DNA from: Phoronis australis
Taxonomy: Eukaryota; Animalia; Phoronida
Direction of reading: 5' to 3'
DNA: 64,000 bases
Assembly (NCBI GenBank): GCA_002633005.1
Contig: NMRA01000036.1
Span: 1,102,139 to 1,166,138, forward strand
Part shown: one piece after another, positions 52,504 through 64,000 of the stretch
Numbering within the stretch: the stretch's first letter is position 1
Layout: each line of letters begins with the position of its first letter
The notes under the pieces: generated by a model
What the model was told of the DNA's origin: nothing
The model's input: only the letters and a program-made list of their open reading frames with translations
The model's database searches: none
Made by a program: the position numbers and the translations under genes

Positions 52504-55500
52504 GTTACACTGAAAATCTCACGGCTATAGCCCTACTTTAAGCTTAACTACTCAATGCATCGCAAAAGTAGAAATGGACTGTTGGAAAGTTTTGTAAAGG
52601 GAAAATGTAATTGATGGCATCTTAGGGCATATATCTGTTACTCCTGAAACAGAAATGAGAAGAAGATTGTCAGCACTTGACAAGTTTTCCTTCTGATCCA
52701 TTAAGCTAATAACATTAAAAAAGTAACACATTCAAGGGAATCATTCCAAACCTGAGATGTACTAAAAGAAATTGCAGATAGTTGGAGTTAATATAAATAT
52801 TAACAATGCATGGCCATTTCTCAACTCAAACTTCAAGATGGTTCTTTAAGTGCTTTTGATAACAAACAACCTTTGGGCCACTCCTGATTCAAGTTAGTCT
52901 GTTAACTAGCCTTTGTTCATAGGGAACAATCCTGTATTACTTGCATGAATTCGCCATCATGCTTGAAAACAAGGTGTTGCATCCAAATTAACATGGTTCT
53001 GCATATTTGGATACACACTCCCTCGAATTTGCATTGTTAAAATTGATGGTAAAATGAGTCATTGCGCCCTGAACAACAATACAAAACAAGTAATAATTTT
53101 GCAGTGCCACCAAAGTGTGCAAGTAGTGAATATTTTCTGAAATATCAAGCAGTGAAGAATTTTACTCCATACAACTGAAACACCAAAACTACTGTTCTGG
53201 AACACATGACTTTCGTTTTCTTTTTGTGGAAACAGTTGTTTTCTTCGAGAACATAAATTTGTAAAAAACAGCAGACATTTATTTATTCTCAAGCAATAAA
53301 AATACCAACCATCATAATCCCGTTTTAAAACAATTCCCACATTTTCATTTCTAAAGTTTCTGTTGTTGTAATAGGTAAGATCATGAAAATCAGAAAATTC
53401 CTTTTCTCTGCCACAGATCAATCACTGGTTTGCCAGTCTTTGGGCAAATCTCCTACTGTCTAAAAGGAAAAATAATTTTCAAGACTTCTAAGCAGTAAAA
53501 ATCAAATGATATGAAACTGAACAATAAACACATTTGGTTGAAGGTGTCTGAAACTAAGTCGCGTGTTAGGCACATGAACAATGTGTTGAATTAGTTAACT
53601 TCAAGGGTAGCAATGCAATTTTAAGACTTTATACAATAAAGATTTTTTGTTTGAGAAACAACATGTCTACAAAGATTGACATTTATAACATTTTGTAACT
53701 GCTGGCTAAACACAAAAATCAAATTAGGTCTTCATCTTTCATAACATTGGCCTCAAACTTTTCCTTATTATTATAGGACAAGAACTTTGAAATTATAGTG
53801 GGTCATGAAACCTCAACAATTTTGCAAACAAGTCATTTTATAATTTTCCAATTTCACATGTTTATCAAAAACATAAGTCATTCACAGAGGCATAGAATTT
53901 TTGGTCCTTGTTACAATTTTTATGCAAACTTCAGAATTTTCCATGTTTTTAGAATCCAGGACTTTTGCAGGAAAGCTAGTAAACTGTTCCAGTTACAAAA
54001 AATCAGTTAAATTAAGCAAGTAAATATTTTTATGTTTTCCGAATTGATTTCTTTCTGATGAATAAATACGAATCTGTATTTTTCTCTGACTGTTAAGTAG
54101 CATGTTGATGAAAATGACTTAATATGCTTTAAGCATGAATTTCAAAAGCAGCTAAAAGGCCAAGCAATTCATATACAGTCACAAATCCTTCATACTGACC
54201 ATACACAATGCTAAGATCAACTTAGTCCACTCACAATATTAATAATGAATGAATAAATCGAAGTACACTCACAAAATCAACACACCTATGGTGCATCTAG
54301 CATATTACTACCATATGAAAAAATCTGTAATTACCAAGGCTCTGAGACAAACAGACGATCGCATCAAAACTTAGTGTGGCCCTAGATCTAGGCCCATGCA
54401 GGAATTACTTAAACTTTCTCCATGAAACTTGCTTAGCTATTTTTTGTTCGCCTTCAAAAGCATTGAAAGTCTATCTCCCAAACCCATGTTCTGGCATGTT
54501 GTTCTCAAACATACCGTAACATCCTGGCTGATCTGGTCACAAAGTGTGCGCTGTTCGTAATCCTGAAGTGATTCTAAACTTGAGTACTCGAAACACATTG
54601 TTGTGCAGTTCTACATACTATCATTCCGTGTCCTACTCATGGTGATGAGTTTTAACGAGACCAGTTATTTTTGTATTTGCTTCTATTTATTTCCACCTCA
54701 AAAAATTCAGTGTTGTAACCCAGGCGTTTTCTACTCACTCTGACATCTGTGCTTGGCATGGGCACCAGCTAGTAAATATAAAAGTTGTTAACCTCTAACA
54801 TAATACCCCAACTTGATGGCCACAAATTTATGTCTGTGTAGGTTCCCCACTGTACTACTGCCTGAATGTGTGGAAATAACAGGTAATACATGTTTGGGGG
54901 AAAGAGCATGGCGAGGTAATTCTTAACCTTCATGACGTCCCTACAACTTTATTTCATGAAACTGTTTTGCTATCAATTGTAAACCCATGAAAATATATTA
55001 CAATTTCTGAATTCACAGTGACTGAATAGTCTTAACTCATGCCTTGAAATGTTGCAAGTTGTTAAAAATTCAAATGACTGCCATTTTTGTGTTGTGAAAA
55101 TTGCATTTTTGATGGTGCCTTAGGATTTGTAATTACTCTTAAACAACAGAAAGATTATCCATCATTTTTAAATGACCCAAGTCTTCATTTCTTCTGTTAG
55201 AGGAAAAATTAAAAGTCTGCCAGAAACGATTCTCTCAACCTTAGACTAGAAGTATGCTTGACAGGCCCATGAATCTGTAATCGGAATTTAAAATTGCTGG
55301 AAGTATCAAAATTAAAAAGGCTTGAAAATGGGTAACAGAGGTTTGAAGTTGTTTCAAAAAACTTGTATATTTTGCAGACAGGTGATGCGTTAAAAGAATT
55401 GTTATGGCTACGAATAAAAAATAAAGATACAATTTTATGCAATACTTATTATATATTATACACCTTGGTTTCTGAAAATAGTAAGTATTTAATTTTATGT

Positions 55501-55726
55501 GAAACTGTAGAGCAGTCACCATATATTTTTGAAAAACAGGGATAGCATTTTTGACCCAATCTGGAGTACTTAATTATTCATATTTTAATATTTGTTCCAG
55601 GTTCAGTGACATTTTAGGGCCACTTCTGTATCATAGACAAGCTTTGTTACTCAGTTCTCTTCCCACAGCACTTCCACATACCAGCAGTGCTGCATGGCAC
55701 AATATACAAGTCAGTGGCCCAGCAGA

Positions 55727-56231
55727 AATGGTGAGTTCACGATTTTGGGAACTGAAATAGGGATTGCTCGAAGAAAAAGTTTGATAACGGGAGTATTTGT
55801 TCGAGTTGGAAGGAATTAAACACATCGACAACCTCCTAAGGTGTTCCTCTATGCGCGAAAGGTATTTATAACAACGTCACTTTGATGTTTTAGTCGGTGC
55901 GAGGCATAATTCGCCGAAAAGCTTCCGGCGTATGGAGCGCTTGTAGGAGCTGCATCGCCTCTAGGCAATGACCATCGCCTCTGTTGGCCCGAACCAGAGG
56001 CGATGTAGAGGCTATAGGCGCTCTGTACGCCGGAAGCTTTTCGGCGAATTATGCCTCGCACCGACTAAACCATCAAAGTCACGTTGTTATAAATACCTTT
56101 TGCGCATAGAGGAACACCTTAGGAGGTTGTCGATGTGATAAATTCCTTCCAACTCGAACAAATACTCTCGTTATGAAACTTTTTCTTCGAGCAGTCCCTA
56201 TTTCAGTTCCCAAAATCGTGAACTCACCATT
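55727..56231. mobile_element. Two abutting MULE-like TIR arms forming a ~500-bp palindrome
   Basis: 55727-55961 is a right arm. A new left arm starts TAGGCAATGACC at 55962 and is its reverse complement out to 56231, then runs into the N gap. Confidence 0.85.
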
Positions 56232-56439
56232 TTTATACTGCGCACGCTCCAATTCATGACCTCAATCTTTAAATAGGTCAAAGGTGAGCCATTGCGGTCT
56301 TGTCAGTCAAATGTTCGTTTCCAAAATGCCACCACTTATACTTGTCTTTAATTGGCGTTACTTGAAACTGATTGTATTTCAATGAATCATTGTTTGTATT
56401 TGATAAAAATAAATGCTGTTGATATGACATTTAATAGTC

Positions 56440-56580
56440 NNNNNNNNNNNNNNNNNNNNNNNNNNNNNNNNNNNNNNNNNNNNNNNNNNNNNNNNNNNNN
56501 NNNNNNNNNNNNNNNNNNNNNNNNNNNNNNNNNNNNNNNNNNNNNNNNNNNNNNNNNNNNNNNNNNNNNNNNNNNNNNNN
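56440..56580. other. Assembly gap (141 N)
   Basis: Run of N. Confidence 1.
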
Positions 56581-59500
56581 AATGTAGAATACGTAACTTC
56601 TTTTAATGCACAATATTTAATTTCTTGTAATCATCAGATTATTTAATTTCTAATACAAAGGCTAAATTACTATGAACAAACTTAATTTACAATCTAACTT
56701 ATACAGTGACATGACCGACTTTACGGGGTCCTTTGTTGAGATGAACAGGGATCAGCGGCACATCTTACATCAGTAAGCACAACCACCAGCTCAACTTTGA
56801 GCAAAGGCATTATTTACAGAACAGCCCACTGACATGACTGACTTTAGTCAAGCCCTGCTATATTCCAACACATTATTCGCCGACTCATGACCCTACACAA
56901 GTAGCTAATTCCCTGCCCCTGACATACAGCAGCCCATGAGCTTTATTGACGAGTTTGTTGAAGAGCAGCATGGGTGACGAAGCACTGATATAATGGTGTG
57001 CCACCCATGAGCAGTTGCTAGCGTCATTGCAAGGCACGGCATTATTTACTGAAACAGGGTTGGTCTGCGTGCAAGTTTACCCGTGACGGAGGAAAAGTGA
57101 GTGGGGCTAGCGTGGTATCATATATACGTCCGTAAGAGGCAAATAGCGGTCACAAGAGATCTTGTGCGGGTGCAAGTTCGATCGCGTAGGCAGGAAAAAG
57201 TGGGATCAGTGATGAACAAAGTTGGCCATGATCTGATGTCTTGATTACTTTTCCAGTACCTCTTTGGGGTGACATCAGATAATGGAAATTTGATGCAGAA
57301 TTCAGGCAAAATGGGTGATTTTGCTCACCAATGTTGTGATTTGAGAGGGAACATTCTCTCATTGTGCACGTGTAGGTAGTCAAAAGCTTCATTCAAATTT
57401 TGGCCTCCACTTGAAGCAGTTCAATCATTTCATATCGAGTTAAAGGTGGCCATGACCAGGGATCATTCCTGCACATCTTGACCATTCAGTGAGCGATGTA
57501 AAGGTTGAATGAAGTCCATTTCCATTATCGCACAATGTTAAAGCTGGGGCTAGATCATGGGTAAAGAATATTATCTGCACTCAGAGACAACTCAGTGAAG
57601 TACTTGTAAGGTTGAATGATGGATGACATATATTTCCTCAGTCTGCTCATAAAATTGTTGGATCATGATCAGGGAATATTCTCTACACTCTGTGACCTCC
57701 ATAAGGGTATTATTTTATGGTTTTGGAAAATTATCATAAAAAATTAAACATGAGATACCTGCAATATTTATAAAATGCATTTTACATTGCAAAGGTTGCT
57801 TCTTATCGAAGCTTAGGCGTTGCCTTTAGATATATCTTGTTTTAGCACCAGCATAAATACTCAAAAACTCGCTATTCTCTACATTAACACAATACTTACT
57901 TGCATGAGAAGGCTAAGAATAGGGTTTTTCTCATATGTGGCAAATTTAGTGGGTATATCACCAGCATGGGAAACATCAAATGAAGCAATTAAGCTAAGAG
58001 AAATCCTCACTTCATGCAAGTGCATTGCAAGCCACTTTTCCCGCGACGTTGAAAAAATGCAGAATGAAAAATCTACACTCTTCTACATATTGTTTGGAGG
58101 GAGCCCAAGTCCCCGGAGGGCTGTGCGGGACCAGGAGGGGTAATGTGATGTATGGACAATGGGCAAAAAGACTAGAAGTAATTTATTGTAAATTTTCAGT
58201 ACTTTCAGAGGTCTCAAACTGTTGCCGGTGAACTGTAACATTTGCACCTGAGAGTGAATTTGTGATGGGTTTATTGACACCATTCACAAACTTTTTACCA
58301 ATTTAACTCAGTGTTAGATTTGATGTCACCAGAGCTAAATTGATGGCAGGTGCAACCTAGAAAAACTTGGGTTTAATTATTGGGAACTGAACACATAAGA
58401 ATGCTCCCCTTAACAGAATTAAAAGTGGATTTAGGCAATCAATACGCAGATTTCTCAATTAGACATGTGAATGGGGCTTATAACAAAAAAATGCCAACTT
58501 GATCAGTTACCAAACACATTTAAGGTTACACTCAGTGCTGTAGTGGGGCATAGGTGCGCGTAGGCGCAGCCAACCACCTTTTGGCATTTGAACGTAGTGT
58601 CTACGCACCCTAAGTTACCATCAGTGCTCAAGGTGATACGGTGGGCTTTCGGCGCCTACTTACCTCTAATTTTACCACTACAGCACTGGTTACACTGAAA
58701 ATCTCACGACTATAGCCCTACTTTAAGCTTAACTACTCAATGCATCGCAAAAGTAGAAATAGACTGTTGGAAAGTTTTGTAAAGGGAAAATGTACTTGAT
58801 GGCATCTTAGGGCATATTTCTGTTACTCCTGGAGAAGAAGATTGTCAGCACTTGACAAGTTTTCCTTCTGATCCATTAAGCTAATAACATTAAAAAAGTA
58901 ACACATTCAAGGGAATCATTCCAAACCTGAGATGTACTAAAAGAAATTGCAGATAGTTGGAGTTAATATAAATATAAACAATGCGTGGCCATTCGTCAAC
59001 TCAAACTTCAAGATGGTTCTTTAAGTGCTTTTGATAACAAACAACCTTTGGGCCACTCCTGATTCAAGTTAGTCTGTTAACTAGCCTTTGTTCATAGGGA
59101 ACAATCCTGTATTACTTGCACGAATTCGCCATCATGCTTGAAAACAAGGTGTTGCATCCAAATTAACATGGTTCTGCATATTTGGATACACACTCCCTCG
59201 AATTTGCATTGTTAAAATTGATGGTAAAACGAGTCATTGCGCCCTGAACAACAATACAAAACAAGTAATAATTTTGCAGTGCCACCAAAGTGTGCAAGTA
59301 GTGAATATTTTCTGAAATATCAAGCAGTGAAGAATTTTACTCCATACAACTAAAACACCAAAACTACTGTTCTGGAACACATGATTTTCGTTTTCTTTTT
59401 TGTGGAAACAGTTGTTTTCTTTGAGAACATAAATTTGTAAAAAACAGCATACATTTATTTAGCAATAAAAATACCAACCATCATAATCCCATTTTAAAAC

Positions 59501-61226
59501 AATTCCCACATTTTCATTTCTAAAGTTTCTGTTGTTGTAATAGGTAAGATCATGAAAATCAGAAAATTCCTTTTCTCTGCCACAGATCAATCACTGGTTC
59601 GCCAGTCTTTGTGCAAATCTCCTACTGTCTAAAAGGAAAAATAATTTTCAAGACTTCTAAGCAGTAAAAATCAAATAATATGAAACTGAACAATAAACAC
59701 ATTTGGTTGAAGGTGTCTGAAACTAAGTTGCGTGTTAGGCACATGAACAATGTGTTGAATTAGTTAACTTCAAGGGTAGCAATGCAATTTTAAGACTTTA
59801 TACAATAAAGATTTTTTGTTTGAGAAACAACATGTCTACAAATATTGACATTTATAATATTTTGCAACTGCTGGCTAAACACAAAAATCAAACTAGGTCT
59901 TTATCTTTCATAACATTGGCCTCAAACTTTTTCTTATCATTATAGGACAAGAACTTTGAAATTATAGTGGGTCATGAAACCTCAACAATTTTGCAAACAA
60001 GTCATTTTATAATTTTCCAATTTCACATGTTTATCAAAAACATAAGTCATTCACAGAGGCATAGAATTTTCGGTCCTTGTTACAATTTTTTATGCAAACT
60101 TCAGAAATTTCCATGTTTTTAGAATCCAGGACTTTCGCAGGAGTGCTAGTAAACTGCTCCAGTTACAAAAAAATCATTTAAATTAAACAAGTAAATATTT
60201 TTATGCTTTCCGAATTGATTTCTTTCTGATGAATAAATACGAATCTGTATTTTTCTCTGACTGTTAAGTAGCATGTTGATGAAAATGACTTAATATGCTT
60301 TGAGCATGAATTTCAAAAGCAGCTAAAAGGCCAAGCAATTCAAATGACTGCCATTTTTGTGAAAATTGCATTTTTGATGGTGCCTTAGGATTTGTAATTA
60401 CTCTTAAACAACAGAAAGATTATCCATCATTTTTAAATGACCCAAGTCTTCATATCTTCTATTAGAGGAAAAATTAAAAGTGTGAGAAACGGTTCCCTCA
60501 ACCTTAGACTTGAAGTATGCTTGACAGATCCATGAATCTGTAATCGGAATTTAAAATTGCTGAAAGTATCAAAATTAAAAAGGCCGGGGTTGAAAATGGG
60601 TAACAGAGGTTTGAAGTTGTTTCAAAAAACTTGTATATTTTGCAGACAGGTGATGTGTTTAAAGAATTGTAATGGCTACGAATGAAAAATAAAGACACAG
60701 TTTTATGCAATACTTATTATATACACCTTGGTTTCTGAAAATAGTAATTATTTAATTTTATGTGAAACTGTAGAGCAGTCACCATATATTTTTGAAAAAC
60801 AGGGATAGCATTTTTGACCCAATCTGGAGTACTTAATTATTCATATTTCAATATTTGTTCCAGGTTCAGTGACATTTTAGGGCCCCTTCTGTATCATAGA
60901 CAAGCTTTGTTACTCCGTTCTCTTCCCATAGCACTTCCACACACCAGCAGTGCTGCATGGCACAATATACAAGTCAGTGGCCCAGCAGAAATGGTGAGTT
61001 CACGATTTTGGGAACTGAAATAGTGAAATAGGGATTGCTCGAAGAAAAAATTTGATAACGGGAGTATTTGTTCGAGTTGGAAGGAATTAAACACATCGAC
61101 AACCTCCTAAGGTGTTCCTCTATGCGCAAAAGGTATTTATTGATGTTTTAGTCGGTGCGAGGCATAATTCGCCGAAAAGCTTCCGGCGTATGGAGCGCTT
61201 GTAGGAGCTGGATCGGATCTGCCTCT
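56581..61226 (+). repeat. Duplicated segment, copy 2 (probable alternative haplotype)
   Basis: Starts exactly at the end of the N gap with aatgtagaatacgtaac, identical to 49229. Confidence 0.92.
58533..58688. mobile_element. The same hAT-like MITE in duplicate copy 2
   Basis: Same TIRs and TSD GTTACACT. Confidence 0.85.
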
Positions 61227-61256
61227 GGTCGGGCCAACAGAGGCGATGGTCATTGC
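60989..61256. mobile_element. Right arm of the MULE-like MITE (duplicate copy 2)
   Basis: Equivalent to 55727-55961, ending ggcgatggtcattgc about 170 bp from the C1orf131 exon 1 donor. Confidence 0.8.
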
Positions 61257-61425
61257 GCACAATTCATACAGCTAGTCTATACCACAGGCGTCCTCAGCTT
61301 CTGATCGTCCCCAATACACTACAATTTACATATACTAACTATCTATAGCTGGCTGGCTACTTCAGTACTTGGCACTAAGCGGCGACTAAGCCTATATAAT
61401 TTCCTGAATTTAGTCAATAGCTTAC

Positions 61426-61468
61426 CATATTGTTTTAACCTCTCCTCCAAAGCCTTTTGCAAATCCAT
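61426..61468 (-). CDS. C1orf131: C1orf131/DUF4602 homologue (SSU processome assembly factor), candidate exon 1
   Basis: ATG...MDLQKALEERLKQY G|gtaagc. The phase-1 donor matches the phase of the exon at 47939, giving ...KQYGDMLLDDD. It lies at a CpG-rich region head-to-head with another gene. Confidence 0.72.
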
Positions 61469-61944
61469 TGTGCTGGGCCGTTTGATTCTCCCAATTTTCA
61501 AACAATTAAATTGCAGATAGCGCCAGTGTAACACATGCAGCAGCACACATGCACCGCTCCATACAGTCAGTGTCGATGCGCGAAGGAGGTTCAATTTACT
61601 AATGTCACAGCGCTACCGGAAACATTTGAAATATTTGTGTGTTTTATGGCATTTTATCAGCACAAACACTATTATTATACTATCAAAGAACTTTCACTAT
61701 ATTCCACAACCACAACAACACAGAAATGCTTTACTGTGATGCTTTTCATACACACATGTTAGGGTTCCGTGAAGTAATATGTAGTTCTCAAGGTCGCCAC
61801 CAGAGATAATTTGTCGGCCATATTGATTTGCTCCACGAAGAGAAGTCGGCAAGTGGTCGTTTTTGTCCTTTCTAATTCTGTCATTGTTTGAGGTGACGTG
61901 ATTTTTCACGGCTCACGTGTTATTACGCGGTTTATCGGATCAAA
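61469..61944. promoter_or_regulatory. Probable bidirectional promoter (C1orf131 / SRSF11-like)
   Basis: 476 bp between two divergent ATGs, CpG-richer than the flanks, with TGACGTG and CACGTG motifs near 61894-61920. Confidence 0.6.
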
Positions 61945-62072
61945 ATGGTCGAGAAATCCTCAAGCAAAATTTTGCAGGTTACAAACATTGCGCCATCAGT
62001 TACACGAGAACAAATGAAAAGTTTATTTTCCATCATCGGTCGCGTGGATGACGTGCGTCTGTTTCCAGAATA
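61945..62072 (+). CDS. SRSF11: SRSF11/SREK1 (SRp54-like) SR splicing factor, first coding exon; gene continues beyond the window
   Basis: caaaATG MVEKSSSKILQVTNIAPSVTREQMKSLFSIIGRVDDVRLFPE, matching the family RRM1 start (IQVTN.SP..T.EQM..LF..LG.I...RLFP). Donor TA|gtgagt is phase 2. Confidence 0.88.
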
Positions 62073-64000
62073 GTGAGTGTTAATAATACCCACTGATTGA
62101 AATCATGCCGACCCCAAAGTCGTAACCAGCCGTAATTCTTATTTCCAGGTCTTGTCTTGTCGTGTCTTGTAATTCTCTGCGATTATGGCGCAGCAGCGTC
62201 ATCAGATTCTCAGAAATCTGATGTGATGCTGATTCTAAATGATCAACAAATGATCAAGCTCCCAGTCACCAGTGTCAGTGACACTTGTTGACCAGTTCTG
62301 GTTCTACAGTCTGCAGTTTTTACACCAGGGATCGGTTTGGCGAACTATGTCAAGGCGACCACAGATTTTGTTTGGTGACCTGGTAAGAACCCCAGGTCAC
62401 CATGAAGTCTTCAAGTATCCATTTTAGCACGCACTCAAAATTCTACAGGAAATAGGGAAATGGAAATCTGTATCTTCGACAAAAATTGGAAGGGCCTGTT
62501 TATGAGTCATGCTCAGGTACCAATCATTTATAGTCGGAATACCTATCGTCGTCAGGCTCCATTGGTCGTCGGCCATCTTCTTTCGCGTGCAGCGCAGCCA
62601 CGCAGGACTTAGCATTCCAATCTGGAGAGCTCGTCTGCACATTATGTACTAACCTCTCTGGAGAATCATGCATGCAAGAACTGAGACGAAAATCGGTGCA
62701 TTGTTTTTAAGACCACTTGAAAACTTGTAGATTTTACTAATCCACTTTGTTGTTCAGTTTCAGATGATATTTTTGAAATTAAATTTTCTTCAGGTGGAAC
62801 AAAAAAACAACCCAGGGATTGTTTGTGCAATGTATCTATTTGTCCCAGGCACTAACCTGTTAGGCCAAAGGAAAAAACGCAGCAAACAAATGCAACACAC
62901 TGGGTGCTTAACAGTTTCGCAATGGTCATCAAAATATTGTTCACTTGTTTTTTATTGCAAAACACAGTACTGATCTCAAAGTTTATGTTGAAACTTTTGG
63001 TTCAGACATTTTGGATTTATGTGAAGAAAATTAGAATACTTGAATTGATAGATAGTTGCTACCAATAAAGTAAAACATTGATTTTTTTTCATTATATTGC
63101 ATTGTTACATACAACATAACATGACACAATTAAAAATAAAAGAAGAGATTGAGCTATAAAATGCAAATGCAACTTGGGTATTTATTTATGTATTCATGAT
63201 TGCAGAAGTCTGTTAAAGGTCAGAAAAAATCAGTCAGTATGATATTGGATAATTTATTAGAACAACTACATGGAGGTTCAATGATCAACTTCCGTCGACC
63301 AAGTCTCAAAGGGTTACAGTTCTGTTTTGACTGCCAAAATGTTAACAGAGAATGAAGAAAAACTGAAAAGAAAAAGAAAGACAGCAGAGATCAGTGGTAT
63401 TAAGAACAATAGCAAAAAGTCAAATAAAGAGGTCACAAATAGAAAATAAGTAAGGTCTATTCTGGAATAAAACAATCGCAATTTATTTTCCAGAACTGAA
63501 ATTCTGAATCAATTTTAATCGATTTAAAAATCGATGTCAAACCACTTTCCACTATTTTCTTGGCCTTTTTCTGTGTGGTTTTCTGCTCTTTCAAAAGGCA
63601 GCAGCATATGACGACCATAGGTACCATTATAAAATGGCTGCCGAAAAGCAGTCCACAGTTGAAACGACTCAGCATAAATAAAAGAAAATTTTTGAATCGA
63701 CGAATACTATATATTTGCGAGAGTTAAATGAAATCCTATTAAGAGCATAACTTTGAAGTGGAATAATTGGGTGAGAACGACAACAAGCCGATTTTAAGCT
63801 TAGTCGGACGACCTTTTGGTTCCTGAGTGTAGTTTTGGCTGCGTGGTACATTGGGCCAGGAGGTGGTCATTATCAAGCACACAAGACAGTCTTAATAATC
63901 TGTTCGAATAAAAACACCATCTGAGATATCTCGGGTACACTGGTGTACGTTTGCTGGGATCACAAATTTTTCATCTTGGGTATCTCATCTATTTCTCTTG

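Larger units (their letters stand above)
49229..55961 (+). repeat. Duplicated segment, copy 1
   Basis: Collinear with and highly similar to 56581-61226 apart from scattered SNPs, small indels and two large indels. Confidence 0.92.

Noticed and set aside
50850-55961. A large Pack-MULE bounded by the TIR at 55727
   Set aside because: No left TIR was found upstream and the arm is truncated on its inner side, so it is treated as a solo arm.

Overview
Eukaryotic, AT-rich, repeat-dense genomic DNA, most likely from a marine invertebrate (inferred from the intron structure, TE families and apparent heterozygosity). Most entries in the ORF track are spurious. Three spliced genes can be reconstructed by hand with phase-consistent GT-AG junctions. 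(1) A 292-aa two-domain rhodanese/3-mercaptopyruvate sulfurtransferase on the minus strand, 4 coding exons, 27105->12192, with active-site loop CGSGIT. (2) A 274-aa C1orf131/DUF4602 homologue on the minus strand, 6 exons, 61468->36442. (3) The first exon of an SRSF11/SREK1-like SR protein on the plus strand, 61945-62072, head-to-head with C1orf131. The remainder is largely mobile DNA: Helentron-derived HINE/DINE elements with internal tandem arrays, a long-TIR MITE family with 9-bp TSDs (MULE-like) that appears to insert into its own termini, a 3.6-kb CATAG-ended element with an 8-bp TSD next to the probable sulfurtransferase 5' end, a 5.3-kb long-TIR element, hAT-like MITEs, and LINE and Penelope relics. 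A near-identical duplication flanking an N gap (49229-55961 vs 56581-61226) is probably two alleles, and it exposes polymorphic insertions and deletions. I found no CRISPR array, rRNA or convincing tRNA. I cannot support a claim of a wholly new biological system. The best leads are the non-canonical sulfurtransferase active site and the TE behaviours listed under findings.
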